From: a virus
Reading direction: 5' to 3' (one strand)
Virus record (IMG/VR): IMGVR_UViG_3300035670_000045
Location: 62,744-126,743 of that record
Length of the DNA: 64,000 nucleotides
The translations under genes and the position numbers were made by a program. A model generated the notes under the pieces. The model searched no databases and was not told the DNA's origin. It saw only the letters and a program-made list of their open reading frames with translations. Positions 1 to 9,606 of the stretch are shown piece after piece. Positions within the stretch are counted from its first letter, which is position 1; each line of letters opens with the position of its first letter.

Positions 1-108
1 GGACGTGGTCGCCTACGTGGCTACGAAGGCTCGACGTGCCGGAGAGATCTACGTCACCCGGGACCCGGCGGGCCGGGCCGGGTGGTCGAAGCTGAGTCAG
101 TTTTTCCC

Positions 109-405
109 ATGAAATGCCTGAACTGCAGCCGTGAGATGTCGCCCGACGAGGGCAAGCTGTTCGCGCAGGTCCTTGTCTGCCCCGAGTGTTACACACTCGC
201 GGTTCGCACAACGGAACGTATCGAGTCCGAGCTGCGTGCATGTCTTGCGCTGGTACGCGACCAGATTCGTGTGAAGCTCATTCAGGGGGAGCTCCGGGCC
301 CCACCTCAGGTGGAGACTCCGCCAATGAGCAAGGCGGACCTGTTACGCGCCATGGCCGAACGATACAGTGCAGGTCATGCAAGTACTCGCGAACCAAACG
401 ACTGA
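109..405 (+). CDS. Zn-finger hypothetical protein
   Basis: CLNC...CPEC pairs; ATG 109 chosen within ORF 82..405. Confidence 0.6.
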   Translation: MKCLNCSREMSPDEGKLFAQVLVCPECYTLAVRTTERIESELRACLALVRDQIRVKLIQGELRAPPQVETPPMSKADLLRAMAERYSAGHASTREPND

Positions 406-628
406 CGCGCACCAGCTTCGGTGCACGTTCTGCGGCATGACACAGCAGGTGGTGTACCCCCTTGGGTGCCGACTGCGTCCGGGCGACCCCGCCATTCTGA
501 TGGACGACGAACCTTCCGTAGGGAGATGCACCCGATGTTCGAGGACCGTGATGGTAGTGGAGGAAGCTCCGAGCCCGCCGCCGCCGGTGTCATACGACCC
601 CGTTGGGATACACAAGAAAATCAGGTGA
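368..628 (+). CDS. Zn-ribbon hypothetical protein
   Basis: CTFC...CTRC; overlaps neighbours in an operon-like chain. Confidence 0.55.
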   Translation: MQVMQVLANQTTDAHQLRCTFCGMTQQVVYPLGCRLRPGDPAILMDDEPSVGRCTRCSRTVMVVEEAPSPPPPVSYDPVGIHKKIR

Positions 629-1029
629 CCCTGCACCGGCGAGGTTGGGCCAGCTACGTGGGTAGAACGGGCAACTTCCGGTGCGTAGCAGAGCGACTGG
701 AGTGGGACTACGGCACCTTCACGGTGTACGAGGCGCGAGAAGTCCGTCTGAGCCAGATCGCTGCCTTGACATTGCTGCAGGGGGGCAGCCTGGTCGACAT
801 ATTCGATGGATCCTTCGCGCTGACGCCGGGGGCGGGAGGCAAGGCGAAGCCCATGCTGTTGGCGGGGGCAGACCCTCCAAGCCTGGTGCGTCCGATGCCG
901 ACCATCGCGAAGGTGGCGCTCGTCTCCGTGGTCAGCCTCACCGACGATGGGATCGAGCTCCACGTCCTGCGCGCCAAACTGTTCCACGATCTCGTGGCTC
1001 ACAACCTGTTCCGTCCTGGTGTGACATGA
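625..1029 (+). CDS. hypothetical protein
   Basis: GTGA overlap with previous stop and ATGA overlap with next gene. Confidence 0.5.
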   Translation: MTLHRRGWASYVGRTGNFRCVAERLEWDYGTFTVYEAREVRLSQIAALTLLQGGSLVDIFDGSFALTPGAGGKAKPMLLAGADPPSLVRPMPTIAKVALVSVVSLTDDGIELHVLRAKLFHDLVAHNLFRPGVT

Positions 1030-2222
1030 AAAAAGCCCCCGACCCGAAGATCGACCCGTCCGTCACGCTGAGCCCGGCGGCGATGAAGTACCTCCACAAC
1101 CGCCAAGACCGTATGGCGGCAGGGGCCCCGGTACGGCCTGCCACACAGGGTCCTCCGATTCCTCGGCTCGACCTGGCCCCCGAGGAAACGGGGGTTCCCA
1201 TGTCCATGGCACAGCACGCCGCGATGCAGCGGCAGCACCTCCCCCAGGCGCAAGGTGGGCCCGTACCTCAGTCCATCTTCGGCTCTCCAGGTGCCGCCCC
1301 GCGGACTGAGGCACCGGGGGCCGGCATCGAAGCGAACGACCTCTTGCCTCCGGAAGCGATGCGGGACCCGGAGTACCGCGACGGGATCAACGCCTCACTC
1401 GCGATCAACCAGCCGGGGCTCGCACACAAGTACGGGGTCGTGCGGAACGGCGTTCATATCCCACCGAAGGTGGTTCGGGGTTCGCGACCTGGTCAGCTCA
1501 GCGACGCCACCCTCGAGGGCCTGAACGCTATCCGGGAGCTCGAGCAGCAGCAGGCGCAGGCTGCGGCCTCCGCGCAAGCCCAGGACATCGACCGGCAAGC
1601 CACTGCAGCATCGCAGAGTCGGATCGGCGGTGGCGCGCCTCCCCCTCCCCCGACCCCTCCTCGGGACATCATGGACGCCATCGAGGACCAGCACGCGAAG
1701 CGGCGCATCGACAGCTTCGACTACGAGCGTCTCGTGGACCTGGTCACAAAGGACCTGCTCTCGAACGATGACGAGCGGATGGCGGTGGAGTCCCGACTCG
1801 AGCCCCTCAAGCTGGAGACCCTCATCCGGTTTGGGTACATCGAGCAGCGCATCCCGATCATTCCAGGGTCGTACGAGCCCACGTTCATCTCGTACGATGG
1901 GCAAGTCGACCTCAACGTGAAGCGTCTGATCTTCACGGAGCGGTTCCGGGATGGGCGGGTCGACCTCGAGGCAGCCGACCGCTACTACATCGACAGGTTT
2001 TCGATGATGGCGGTCGCCTGTGGCCTCTCCGCCATCAACGAGGTCAAGTACCCCGGAGTCACGGACCGGGACGGGAACTTCGACGAGAAGTTGTTCTACG
2101 CGAAGTTGGACAAGGTTCTCCGCCTCCCGTTCCACATGATCATCAGCCTCTCGGTGCACTTCCAGTGGTTCGACATCCGCGTGCGGAAGCTGTTCCAAGG
2201 GGCCAACCTAAAAAATTCCTAG
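1026..2222 (+). CDS. probable tail assembly chaperone (gpG-like) with Pro-rich N-terminus
   Basis: Ends LKNS* over slippery heptamer A AAA AAT (2210-2216); -1 frame stays open to 2611. Confidence 0.6.
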   Translation: MKKAPDPKIDPSVTLSPAAMKYLHNRQDRMAAGAPVRPATQGPPIPRLDLAPEETGVPMSMAQHAAMQRQHLPQAQGGPVPQSIFGSPGAAPRTEAPGAGIEANDLLPPEAMRDPEYRDGINASLAINQPGLAHKYGVVRNGVHIPPKVVRGSRPGQLSDATLEGLNAIRELEQQQAQAAASAQAQDIDRQATAASQSRIGGGAPPPPPTPPRDIMDAIEDQHAKRRIDSFDYERLVDLVTKDLLSNDDERMAVESRLEPLKLETLIRFGYIEQRIPIIPGSYEPTFISYDGQVDLNVKRLIFTERFRDGRVDLEAADRYYIDRFSMMAVACGLSAINEVKYPGVTDRDGNFDEKLFYAKLDKVLRLPFHMIISLSVHFQWFDIRVRKLFQGANLKNS

Positions 2223-2611
2223 AGACTCCCGAGGGGTGGGCGATCGCGACGCTTTTGGGCGCCACGCTTTCCCGGCCTCCAATCCCCGGCTCTGCTCGGG
2301 AGTCCGTCCTCATCGAGTACTACCTCCGACTCGACGAAATCAACTACGCGCGTGACCTCGCTCAGGCGCAGCTCGCTCTCGACCCCAAGGAGGGGGCCAA
2401 GCGATTCGATGAGTTCCGCCATGTTCAGTTCCCATGGCTACGCACTGCGCAAAAGCGGGAGCGAGAGAAGGTCGTAACGGAGCTCCAAAAGTGGGCCAAG
2501 AGTGGGCCGATCCAAATCTCACGGAATGCATCAGATGTCCCTCGGCAGAAGGTCGGGGTGAGCTACCTAAAGAAGGCCGAATATGACCGACGGAACCGCC
2601 GTACGCAGTGA
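2210..2611 (+). CDS. -1 frameshift extension (gpGT-like) of the chaperone
   Basis: Open -1 frame (FLETPEGWAIATLL...) with no convincing start or RBS of its own. Confidence 0.6.
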   Translation, partial: KKFLETPEGWAIATLLGATLSRPPIPGSARESVLIEYYLRLDEINYARDLAQAQLALDPKEGAKRFDEFRHVQFPWLRTAQKREREKVVTELQKWAKSGPIQISRNASDVPRQKVGVSYLKKAEYDRRNRRTQ

Positions 2612-3008
2612 TGGACTTCGACTCTGCCCCAACTGTGGGGAAGCCAACGTGGATTACACCCCGGTGGCGGGGCCCTCTGGGGATGCAAGCTGCCGCGCAT
2701 GTATGTGGCACGGCAAGGCGTACCAGCTCGTGATGGTGATGGGCACGGAGGGCGCTGGCTTGGCCGCGGCTCACACCGTACGCCTGGCGTTCATTCGGAC
2801 GGTGGGAACTGCGTTCGAGGCGAAGTTCGCAGAGTGGGCGATTCAGAGCGGGTTCCTCGACCCCAAGTCCCCCACCTTCCAGGCGGAGGCGCTACTCCTC
2901 CTCAAAGCGGGTATCAACGGGGCCTACTTCTCCATCCTGCAGCAGGTGGTGGAGATGAAGGACGCGGAGGCGGCGGCTCGCGCAAAGGCCAAGGAGAGTA
3001 CCCAGTGA
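2583..3008 (+). CDS. Zn-finger hypothetical protein
   Basis: CPNC...CRAC. Confidence 0.6.
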   Translation: MTDGTAVRSDGLRLCPNCGEANVDYTPVAGPSGDASCRACMWHGKAYQLVMVMGTEGAGLAAAHTVRLAFIRTVGTAFEAKFAEWAIQSGFLDPKSPTFQAEALLLLKAGINGAYFSILQQVVEMKDAEAAARAKAKESTQ

Positions 3009-3259
3009 GCGATGACGAGAGGCTCTTCTGCTACCGCGACCAGAACCGGCAGTGTGACGCCACATGCGTGGCGTACCTGGTGACACGCCCCGAAGGTGAC
3101 GACTACGCCAATGCGCCTTGGGCGCAGTGTGTGGAGCTCACCAGCGCGCACCGGTCGGCGAAGCACCTGACCATCTTGGCTAAGCTTGTCGACGACCGAA
3201 ACAAGAAGGACCACATTCGTAGCCAGGACCTGGCGCGGGTTGGGAGCACAAAGCTGTGA
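3005..3259 (+). CDS. Cys-rich hypothetical protein
   Basis: AGGAG RBS, GTGA overlap; C-x7-C-x3-C. Confidence 0.55.
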   Translation: MSDDERLFCYRDQNRQCDATCVAYLVTRPEGDDYANAPWAQCVELTSAHRSAKHLTILAKLVDDRNKKDHIRSQDLARVGSTKL

Positions 3260-3519
3260 AACTGGAGCTACTCGGAATCGCGATGTCCTACCCAGTGGGC
3301 GGGCAGCCTATCGGTGTACTGACCCTGTCTGTGGCGGGAGGTCCCCAGTTCGATGCCCTGACGACGGTCGACATCGCACATCAGCTGATCCAGGCATCCG
3401 CCGTGCCCCCGCCGCTTCCACCCGCCCCCACTACCGGGACGGCTACAGCGGTCAGCTCCCCTCCCGTGGCCCCCGCAGACGAAGAGGACCCGTTCGATGC
3501 GATCGGGGAGCAGGCGTAG
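3256..3519 (+). CDS. hypothetical protein
   Basis: GTGA overlap; acidic tail. Confidence 0.5.
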   Translation: MKLELLGIAMSYPVGGQPIGVLTLSVAGGPQFDALTTVDIAHQLIQASAVPPPLPPAPTTGTATAVSSPPVAPADEEDPFDAIGEQA

Positions 3520-3941
3520 TGCTGCTCTTTGCCTGTGCCGGATGCCCCATGGCGGTACGGTGCATGGACTTGCCCGACGGAGTGGTCCCAAGCGAGATCC
3601 CGAACAGCGCGGAGTGCACCAAGTGCGGGTCCAGCTTCAGTATGATTCCCGAGCGGATGGCGGCGCCTGAGGCCCTCAACGCGCTCGAGATTCGAGACCT
3701 GACGTTCGAGGAGCTGTACTACTGGAGCGCCACGGGCACGCTACCCAACGAGCGGCCCGCGGATACCGCCTCGGTCACTTCCGCTCTGGTCGGGCGGGCC
3801 ATCACGTCGATTGGGGTGGATCGTCGGGTGCAGGGCGCCACTGTGGTGACTCACCTCGTACTCGATGACGGTACCCGGGTATACTTCGGAGCATCCCCCT
3901 ACGGCGCAGTGGTGTACCGTCTGGCTGGAAAACTCACATGA
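3519..3941 (+). CDS. Zn-ribbon hypothetical protein
   Basis: CAGC...CTKC; abuts previous stop. Confidence 0.55.
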   Translation: MLLFACAGCPMAVRCMDLPDGVVPSEIPNSAECTKCGSSFSMIPERMAAPEALNALEIRDLTFEELYYWSATGTLPNERPADTASVTSALVGRAITSIGVDRRVQGATVVTHLVLDDGTRVYFGASPYGAVVYRLAGKLT

Positions 3942-4591
3942 AAGAGCTCTGGTTCCGGTACCAACGAGAAGGCGAGTTCTATTCCGGGGCGTTCTCCGAC
4001 GGCGAGGACAGTACCCCGCACCAGCTTGTCGTTCGAGTCAGCTGGGAGCAGCTGCTCCGTGCTTTGGCTCGAGAGATTGCTGCAACTCCAGCGGGTACCC
4101 CGCTGCTACTCGTGCGGGCCGACCACCCCGCGATGTTCCCTTCTCGCATCCCGGATGAGACCGTGGAGCTGTTCCGTACAGACCCCGTGTCCGCCATTCG
4201 GGAGTGGACCGTACGGTCAGCAGATTACCGCCGCGCGCAGGTGCCTCCTCCTGTTCCCGCGGGTCATTCCGTACTGGCCCGCATGTTTGGGGAGTACCTC
4301 TACCTCCCGATGGACCCAAAGCGCATGCGGGTAGAATCCCCGGTCACGGGGGAGATGGAGGAGGTGTCCAGCCTGCACTTCCGAGACGGGTCAGGGTGGA
4401 TCCCACTTCGACATGTGGCCCAGCAGTGGGTCTTGTGTTCTGTCGAAGATCTTCTACTCTCCTCGAAGGCAGACAAGTTCTACTTGCCACGCCCGTGGAA
4501 CGAGCATGGTGAGTGGATTTCCCGCTCCCAGCTGTGGGGCAAGTTGTCCCGTTACCGGACTGAGGTCCAGAAAGCCGTGGCTGACCTATGA
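3938..4591 (+). CDS. hypothetical protein
   Basis: ATGA overlaps at both ends. Confidence 0.6.
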   Translation: MKELWFRYQREGEFYSGAFSDGEDSTPHQLVVRVSWEQLLRALAREIAATPAGTPLLLVRADHPAMFPSRIPDETVELFRTDPVSAIREWTVRSADYRRAQVPPPVPAGHSVLARMFGEYLYLPMDPKRMRVESPVTGEMEEVSSLHFRDGSGWIPLRHVAQQWVLCSVEDLLLSSKADKFYLPRPWNEHGEWISRSQLWGKLSRYRTEVQKAVADL

Positions 4592-4959
4592 GCAACCCGT
4601 CACACCAACCCCGCCTCCCCATGCACGACGCTCCCCATTCCGCTTCGGCGGCGACGCAAGTGCAGGGCGCCGTGAAGATCGAGTACTACGCAGTCCAGCG
4701 GACCCAGGTCAACCCCCGCACCGGCAACGTCGAGAAAGTCCAAGAGATCTGCTTCGACTTCCTCGGCACCATGTTCGTCGTCCCGGGCTCGGCCGAAGCG
4801 CTCAAGCAAGCCCCTGCGTACACGCCCGAGATGCGCCGGGATGTGCTCCGTGCAGCCGATGCCACCGCGAAGCTCGAACCCACCACGCCGTCGATCGACC
4901 CCCCCGCGGCCAAATCGGGCGTCTCGGCCATCGCCATCGCGAACGCCGTCCCGCGATGA
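4588..4959 (+). CDS. hypothetical protein
   Basis: ATGA overlaps, GC-rich third positions. Confidence 0.6.
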   Translation: MSNPSHQPRLPMHDAPHSASAATQVQGAVKIEYYAVQRTQVNPRTGNVEKVQEICFDFLGTMFVVPGSAEALKQAPAYTPEMRRDVLRAADATAKLEPTTPSIDPPAAKSGVSAIAIANAVPR

Positions 4960-5282
4960 GCGTTCGACCCTACGGAGGCCATGTGCTGGTGCGGGAGCAC
5001 CCTCGGGCCAAGAAGAGCAAGGTGCTCGAGCTCATCACGAACGAGTCCAACGTGCTCACGGGTGAGGTGCTCCAAGTGGGCCCCGGCGCGGTGGGGAAGA
5101 AGGGCCGGGTGGCCCCCACCGTGCGGGTAGGGGAAAAGGTGGCATTCCTCCGCTGGCACAAGGAGCACCAGGCCGGACGCGCCGTGCAGCACGCCCTGGA
5201 GGGGGAAGGGGAAGGCCTGAGCATCCTCAGTGAACGAGACATCCTATTCGTCTACGACGGCGACATCGAGGTGGACACGTGA
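4956..5282 (+). CDS. groES: GroES/Cpn10-like co-chaperonin
   Basis: VRPYGGHVLV...GEVLQVGPG...VRVGEKVAF...ILSERDIL matches the Cpn10 pattern. Confidence 0.8.
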   Translation: MSVRPYGGHVLVREHPRAKKSKVLELITNESNVLTGEVLQVGPGAVGKKGRVAPTVRVGEKVAFLRWHKEHQAGRAVQHALEGEGEGLSILSERDILFVYDGDIEVDT

Positions 5283-5539
5283 AACTCGTAGTGCATGGCC
5301 TGGACGGGGTGCAGGTGAACTACATGTTCCTGCCTACGTTCATCGGGTTCAACGCCGTCGTGAAGACGGAGATCGAAACCAAGCTCGTGGAGAAGTTCGC
5401 AGGGCAGACCATGACGCCCAGCCTCCTCGAGAAGATGCACCGGTGGGTCCTCGCCTACTTGTGCGAGCGATTCCCCATCCCCGGTCTTCAAGAGTACTTG
5501 GAGGCAATCCGTCACGTCGACGACGGGGTGTCACCTTGA
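5279..5539 (+). CDS. hypothetical protein
   Basis: GAGG RBS, GTGA overlap. Confidence 0.6.
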   Translation: MKLVVHGLDGVQVNYMFLPTFIGFNAVVKTEIETKLVEKFAGQTMTPSLLEKMHRWVLAYLCERFPIPGLQEYLEAIRHVDDGVSP

Positions 5540-6039
5540 GTCAGAAGTCGGTTCAAATCCCTGCGCACTCCGGTGTGCAGGGGTTCCTACGCACCATCGA
5601 GCAGATCCTGCGTCTTCGCGGCCTGGGGTGGATTCGGGCGGACCGGACGGGGCTCGTCACGTACGAGTACGACTCGGGGGACGAAGACGTGTTCGCGCAG
5701 ATCGAGGATGCCGCGTCGCCCAAGGGGCTGGTGTCGAAAATCGATCTCATGGAGCTGGTGCTCGAGAAGGGGGAAGACCCTGTGATCCGACTGCTCGAAG
5801 AAGCGGACGGGCTCCACATGTACCCGACCCTGTTCTTGGCCAGCGACCCGCGGGACATTCAGCGCCGACTCAAGCAGGCGGTCAATGGCCGGTTTCGACA
5901 CACCATCCTGGGGGTCCCCATCGAGGCCTACAGCGAGATGGGGAAAGACCGCCTGGTGCTTTTCGCAGGAAAAGACGTGCGAGGCGACACGCAGTCCAGT
6001 ACAGCAGGATTCGCGGTCATTCTTCCAGACGAGGTGTGA
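5536..6039 (+). CDS. hypothetical protein
   Basis: TTGA overlap; start uncertain. Confidence 0.55.
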   Translation: MSQKSVQIPAHSGVQGFLRTIEQILRLRGLGWIRADRTGLVTYEYDSGDEDVFAQIEDAASPKGLVSKIDLMELVLEKGEDPVIRLLEEADGLHMYPTLFLASDPRDIQRRLKQAVNGRFRHTILGVPIEAYSEMGKDRLVLFAGKDVRGDTQSSTAGFAVILPDEV

Positions 6040-6040
6040 G

Positions 6041-6556
6041 ATGGGTCTACGCCACCTGATCGAGTCAATGGGTGTGTTGCCGGAAGGCACCATCGCGGAG
6101 CAGCGTCGATGGTGCCCGGATGACGTTCAGAGCGAAGAGGTGGGCGAGCTCACCACGAAGCTCAAGATCCTGACCCCGGAGCAAATTCGAGCCGAGTTGG
6201 CCCGCTTGGTCGACGAGCTCGGGTATGTCGCAATCCGAAAGACGGACCTCGATGCGTACGCTGCGTTTGCGCGACACCCCAAGGAAGGGGAGCTCGTCAT
6301 GTACGACGAGCGGGCTCGTGCGAAACGGAGCAAGGTCACCTACGCCCGGCACAGCGCGGGGTACCTGATCCATGTGCACGGCCTGACCCAGTCCGTGGTG
6401 GACGGCATGTTGTACGTCATGACCGACGGGAAGTCCCACCTCTGCATCGAGGAGGACACCCAGGTGTACTTCGGGGAGGGCTCGGAGGTGGTGTACCTCG
6501 GGGATGCGCCCGAGTTCCTCTACCTCAAACCCGCAAGCGTGGAGCAGTCGAAATGA
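6041..6556 (+). CDS. hypothetical protein
   Basis: GAGG RBS before ATG 6041. Confidence 0.6.
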   Translation: MGLRHLIESMGVLPEGTIAEQRRWCPDDVQSEEVGELTTKLKILTPEQIRAELARLVDELGYVAIRKTDLDAYAAFARHPKEGELVMYDERARAKRSKVTYARHSAGYLIHVHGLTQSVVDGMLYVMTDGKSHLCIEEDTQVYFGEGSEVVYLGDAPEFLYLKPASVEQSK

Positions 6557-6966
6557 GAACGGAGCAGGACCGCATGGTCACCACCCTGACGCTGGCGGGT
6601 GGCCTGGCAGTGTCAAACGTCGTGGAAGAGGGCGCCACCCTGGTGTGCACCGGCAGAGTCGAAAAGTCGGGTCAGCTTCGCTGGCAGAAGTTCCTGCACG
6701 AGCTGTTGGAGTCGGCGGAGCAGGCGCCGTGGAGCGTGGATGTCAGCCTCGCGTACTTCCTCTCGGAGGACAAGTCCCTGAAGTACAATTGGCGCTTGAT
6801 CTTCCAAGGTCCTTGGGCCGGAGTGCTCGCGCGGTTCGAGCCACGTAGCCAGACGCCTTTGGAGGAGCTCGAGCTGGTCCCCGCGCCTGTCCGTGGCGTC
6901 AGCGGCACTGGCAAGGGCATCCAACCTGCTGACCCGTCCGCGTACACAGGGGGTCAACGTGGGTAG
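6553..6966 (+). CDS. hypothetical protein
   Basis: ATGA overlap, GGAG RBS. Confidence 0.6.
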   Translation: MRTEQDRMVTTLTLAGGLAVSNVVEEGATLVCTGRVEKSGQLRWQKFLHELLESAEQAPWSVDVSLAYFLSEDKSLKYNWRLIFQGPWAGVLARFEPRSQTPLEELELVPAPVRGVSGTGKGIQPADPSAYTGGQRG

Positions 6967-7603
6967 GTACCAAGAGCTCACCACCAAGTTCCTCGAGCTA
7001 CAGCGCGACCCCGATGCCCAACGAGAGGCACAGAAAAAGGAAGAAGCGCTCACGGAGAAGCGCCTCGAGAAACTCGGGCATGGCAGGTACAAGCTCGAGC
7101 TCATGTTCGGCCCGGACCGCCGCCAAGGACAGTCGTACGTCGGTCAGCTCCAGTTCTTCGAGTCCGGTGCTTGGGTGAGTGGGCAGGGCGACATCAAGGT
7201 CTACCTGTGCCCGGGCAAGGAGCGGAAGGGGAACGGCTGCGAGGCGTTCATCCCGTCGGAGTCCAACCAATACGACCAAGCGTACTGCGCTGCCTGCGGG
7301 TCGGTGTGGTCCTCCGAGGAGCTCTACGGCGAGATCGTGGGCAAGTTCTCGACGGCCCGCTGGGCGGACCTTCTCGAGAAGTACTTCAACCGCTTCCACC
7401 GCAACTGCGACATCTACGTGAAGCACGTCACTGGTGACCTCCAGGGCGCAACGCGCACGGAGATCAACCGGCAAGCGGGGGGTGACGCCATCGAATCGGC
7501 GAAGGAGAAAGTCGAGACCTCGATGTACCTTCTGCACCGAATTATCGCGGACTCCCGCTACACCGGTGTAAACTCGGTGTTCAAGGCATTCCTCAACGGG
7601 TGA
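6959..7603 (+). CDS. Zn-binding hypothetical protein
   Basis: CPG...GC...CAAC; GC-rich third positions. Confidence 0.6.
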   Translation: MGRYQELTTKFLELQRDPDAQREAQKKEEALTEKRLEKLGHGRYKLELMFGPDRRQGQSYVGQLQFFESGAWVSGQGDIKVYLCPGKERKGNGCEAFIPSESNQYDQAYCAACGSVWSSEELYGEIVGKFSTARWADLLEKYFNRFHRNCDIYVKHVTGDLQGATRTEINRQAGGDAIESAKEKVETSMYLLHRIIADSRYTGVNSVFKAFLNG

Positions 7604-8055
7604 CCATGGACAGCGAGTACCTCCGCCTCAACTACGAAAAGGCCGTCATTGCGTGCTTGGCGGAGCATCTTCGCGCGTACGTGGGGGAGCGGCCCAAAAC
7701 GATCGAGGCTACGGACCTGCCCATCGCGAACGCCCAGGTTCCGGAGAGCCTGGTCATGGACATGCTCCGCCAGCTTCATCGGGAGGTTCACCTCCGAGAG
7801 GACAAGTTGGCGGAGTTCAGGCTCGCACGGAAAGAGACAAAGCCCCTGTTCTCGGACTCGCCGGACGAGCCTGCTGCCCCGAGTCCACCGAAGAAGAAAA
7901 AGAAGAAAAAGAAGGCGTCTACCGCCGACACCGCACCACCGAGCACAGGTGTTGCGGACGTTCAGGAGCTGCACACCGATGGAATCGACCCAAGAGAAAG
8001 CACAGTCGAGCTGCGAGACGACCCCGAGCTCGAGCCCAAGTCCGCAGCCGGGTGA
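7600..8055 (+). CDS. hypothetical protein with poly-Lys tract
   Basis: GTGA overlap; eight consecutive Lys at 7891-7914. Confidence 0.55.
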   Translation: MTMDSEYLRLNYEKAVIACLAEHLRAYVGERPKTIEATDLPIANAQVPESLVMDMLRQLHREVHLREDKLAEFRLARKETKPLFSDSPDEPAAPSPPKKKKKKKKASTADTAPPSTGVADVQELHTDGIDPRESTVELRDDPELEPKSAAG

Positions 8056-8350
8056 GATCGAGCAACTTCGGAAGCGAGTCGGCCACGTCGCGGACGCCGT
8101 CAACCACAACGCCCAAATCGCGTTCGAGTGCGTTGTCGCGCTTCAGGTCCAGAACCGAGCCCTTCGGATGGCGATCGAGGACATGGTCTCGGGCCGTATT
8201 CGGGTAGTCAGCCCCGGAGTCTACGACCACGAGGCGTACGTACAGGACGCGGTGGCCGCCCTGAAGGCGGAGGATGCCGAGCGTACCTCCACCATGGCGC
8301 CCCCCAACACGCCGACGCCGGTCCCGCCGTCAGCGGACCTTCAGAAATAG
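7979..8350 (+). CDS. hypothetical coiled-coil protein
   Basis: Helical segment EIEQLRKRVGHVADAVN...; start uncertain. Confidence 0.45.
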   Translation: MESTQEKAQSSCETTPSSSPSPQPGEIEQLRKRVGHVADAVNHNAQIAFECVVALQVQNRALRMAIEDMVSGRIRVVSPGVYDHEAYVQDAVAALKAEDAERTSTMAPPNTPTPVPPSADLQK

Positions 8351-8806
8351 GGCGTCCTCGACCTGGTCCCGCAGCGGCCGTTGCATCACCCAGCTGTCGC
8401 TGTCTTCCCCGACGATGTGGAGCCCGTTCTTCAAGTAGAAGTGCATGGCTCCCGTGTTGTTCTTGCGAACATGCAACGTCAAGTACCCCACCGACGCCTC
8501 GCGGTCGTGCTCTCGCAGTAGGAGCTCCAGGAGGGCCTGCCCGACGCCCCTCCGAACATGGGTAGGGACCACTGCCAGTCGGGTGATCTCCAGGAGGCCT
8601 TCGTCCCGACGTGCTAGCAGGTACCCCACGATACGACCTTGCACCCAGACGGCGTACCCGGAGCCCTTCTCGAGCTCGACCCTGACTTGTTTGGCGTCGA
8701 AGCCGTTGTCGAACATAGTGAGGTCCAACACGGACACTTCGTCCGCATGGGTCACATTCAACGGCCCGAATTTCCACGTCTCTTGGGAGGCAGCTGTGTC
8801 CGACAT
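8330..8806 (-). CDS. GNAT (RimI-like) acetyltransferase
   Basis: IVGYLL...ITRLAVVPTHVRRGVGQALL (motif A)...LHVRKNNTGAMHFY. Confidence 0.85.
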   Translation of the reverse strand: MSDTAASQETWKFGPLNVTHADEVSVLDLTMFDNGFDAKQVRVELEKGSGYAVWVQGRIVGYLLARRDEGLLEITRLAVVPTHVRRGVGQALLELLLREHDREASVGYLTLHVRKNNTGAMHFYLKNGLHIVGEDSDSWVMQRPLRDQVEDALFLKVR

Positions 8807-9041
8807 CCAGGTTACCGTACCACGACCTTTGACCCCCCAGCAGCTCAAGGCGGCGGTGGAGGAGGAGCTGCTCGAGTTCGACACGGAGTTCCAGTCCTTG
8901 GGCAACTCCCCCGTCATGGCGTACGAGAAGGCCATCCTCCGCACCTACCTCCTCCTCCGCCTGGCTAAAAAAGAGGACGACCCAGCCGCCGCCCCCGAGG
9001 GGGCGGCAGCCGGTACGGGTCAGGGTCCGACTTCGACCTGA
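8796..9041 (+). CDS. hypothetical protein
   Basis: GGAGG RBS then GTG; ...YEKAILRTYL; head-to-head with the GNAT gene. Confidence 0.5.
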   Translation: MSDIQVTVPRPLTPQQLKAAVEEELLEFDTEFQSLGNSPVMAYEKAILRTYLLLRLAKKEDDPAAAPEGAAAGTGQGPTST

Positions 9042-9550
9042 GCCAACCATCCGCGGGCCGTGTACTCGTGGGGTCGCACGGGCAAGGGCCCGTCGGCACC
9101 CGGAGTGACACGCCGCAGGCGAGCGGTCATCAGCAGCTCGTCGGAGGGCATCACCCCCGTCGGGCGTTCGATGGTCAGTTTGGCGATGTGTGGCACCACG
9201 AAGAACCGACGAGCTCCAGCCACCTGAAGCTCGAGCACCCCTTCCCCTTCCACACGCACGGGGATGGGTGTGCCGTCCTCCTGCTCCCCGGGTGGCAAGT
9301 CCACGGCGAGCAGAACGGCGCCATCGCAGGGGCGCCACTGGGAGGACACCACCAGGCGGTCGTTCCTGACGGCGACATCCCCGCCGGCCAGGAGGATACG
9401 CGACCCGTGCCACGTGGTCGGGGCGATGTGGGCGATCTCCCGAATCACCCGCTGCAGGGTGTACGCATCGAGCGACACCTGCGTATCGTGAGGTAGTGCG
9501 ACTTCGATACCAGCGTGCAGCCCCTCGTCACTGATTGTGTAGAACTCCAT
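9020..9550 (-). CDS. hypothetical protein (cassette gene)
   Basis: Behind GGGGATAAG motif and duplicated leader. Confidence 0.65.
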   Translation of the reverse strand: MEFYTISDEGLHAGIEVALPHDTQVSLDAYTLQRVIREIAHIAPTTWHGSRILLAGGDVAVRNDRLVVSSQWRPCDGAVLLAVDLPPGEQEDGTPIPVRVEGEGVLELQVAGARRFFVVPHIAKLTIERPTGVMPSDELLMTARLRRVTPGADGPLPVRPHEYTARGWLAQVEVGP

Positions 9551-9598
9551 GTGTTTCTTCCGTACAGGCAGTACGGCTCCTTCAATTCTCTTATCCCC
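9548..9598 (-). repeat. ~50-bp leader/promoter repeat, copy 1
   Basis: Near-identical to 10099-10147; contains CCGTAC-loop-GTACGG hairpin. Confidence 0.9.
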
Positions 9599-9606
9599 GG
9601 TCAGCT

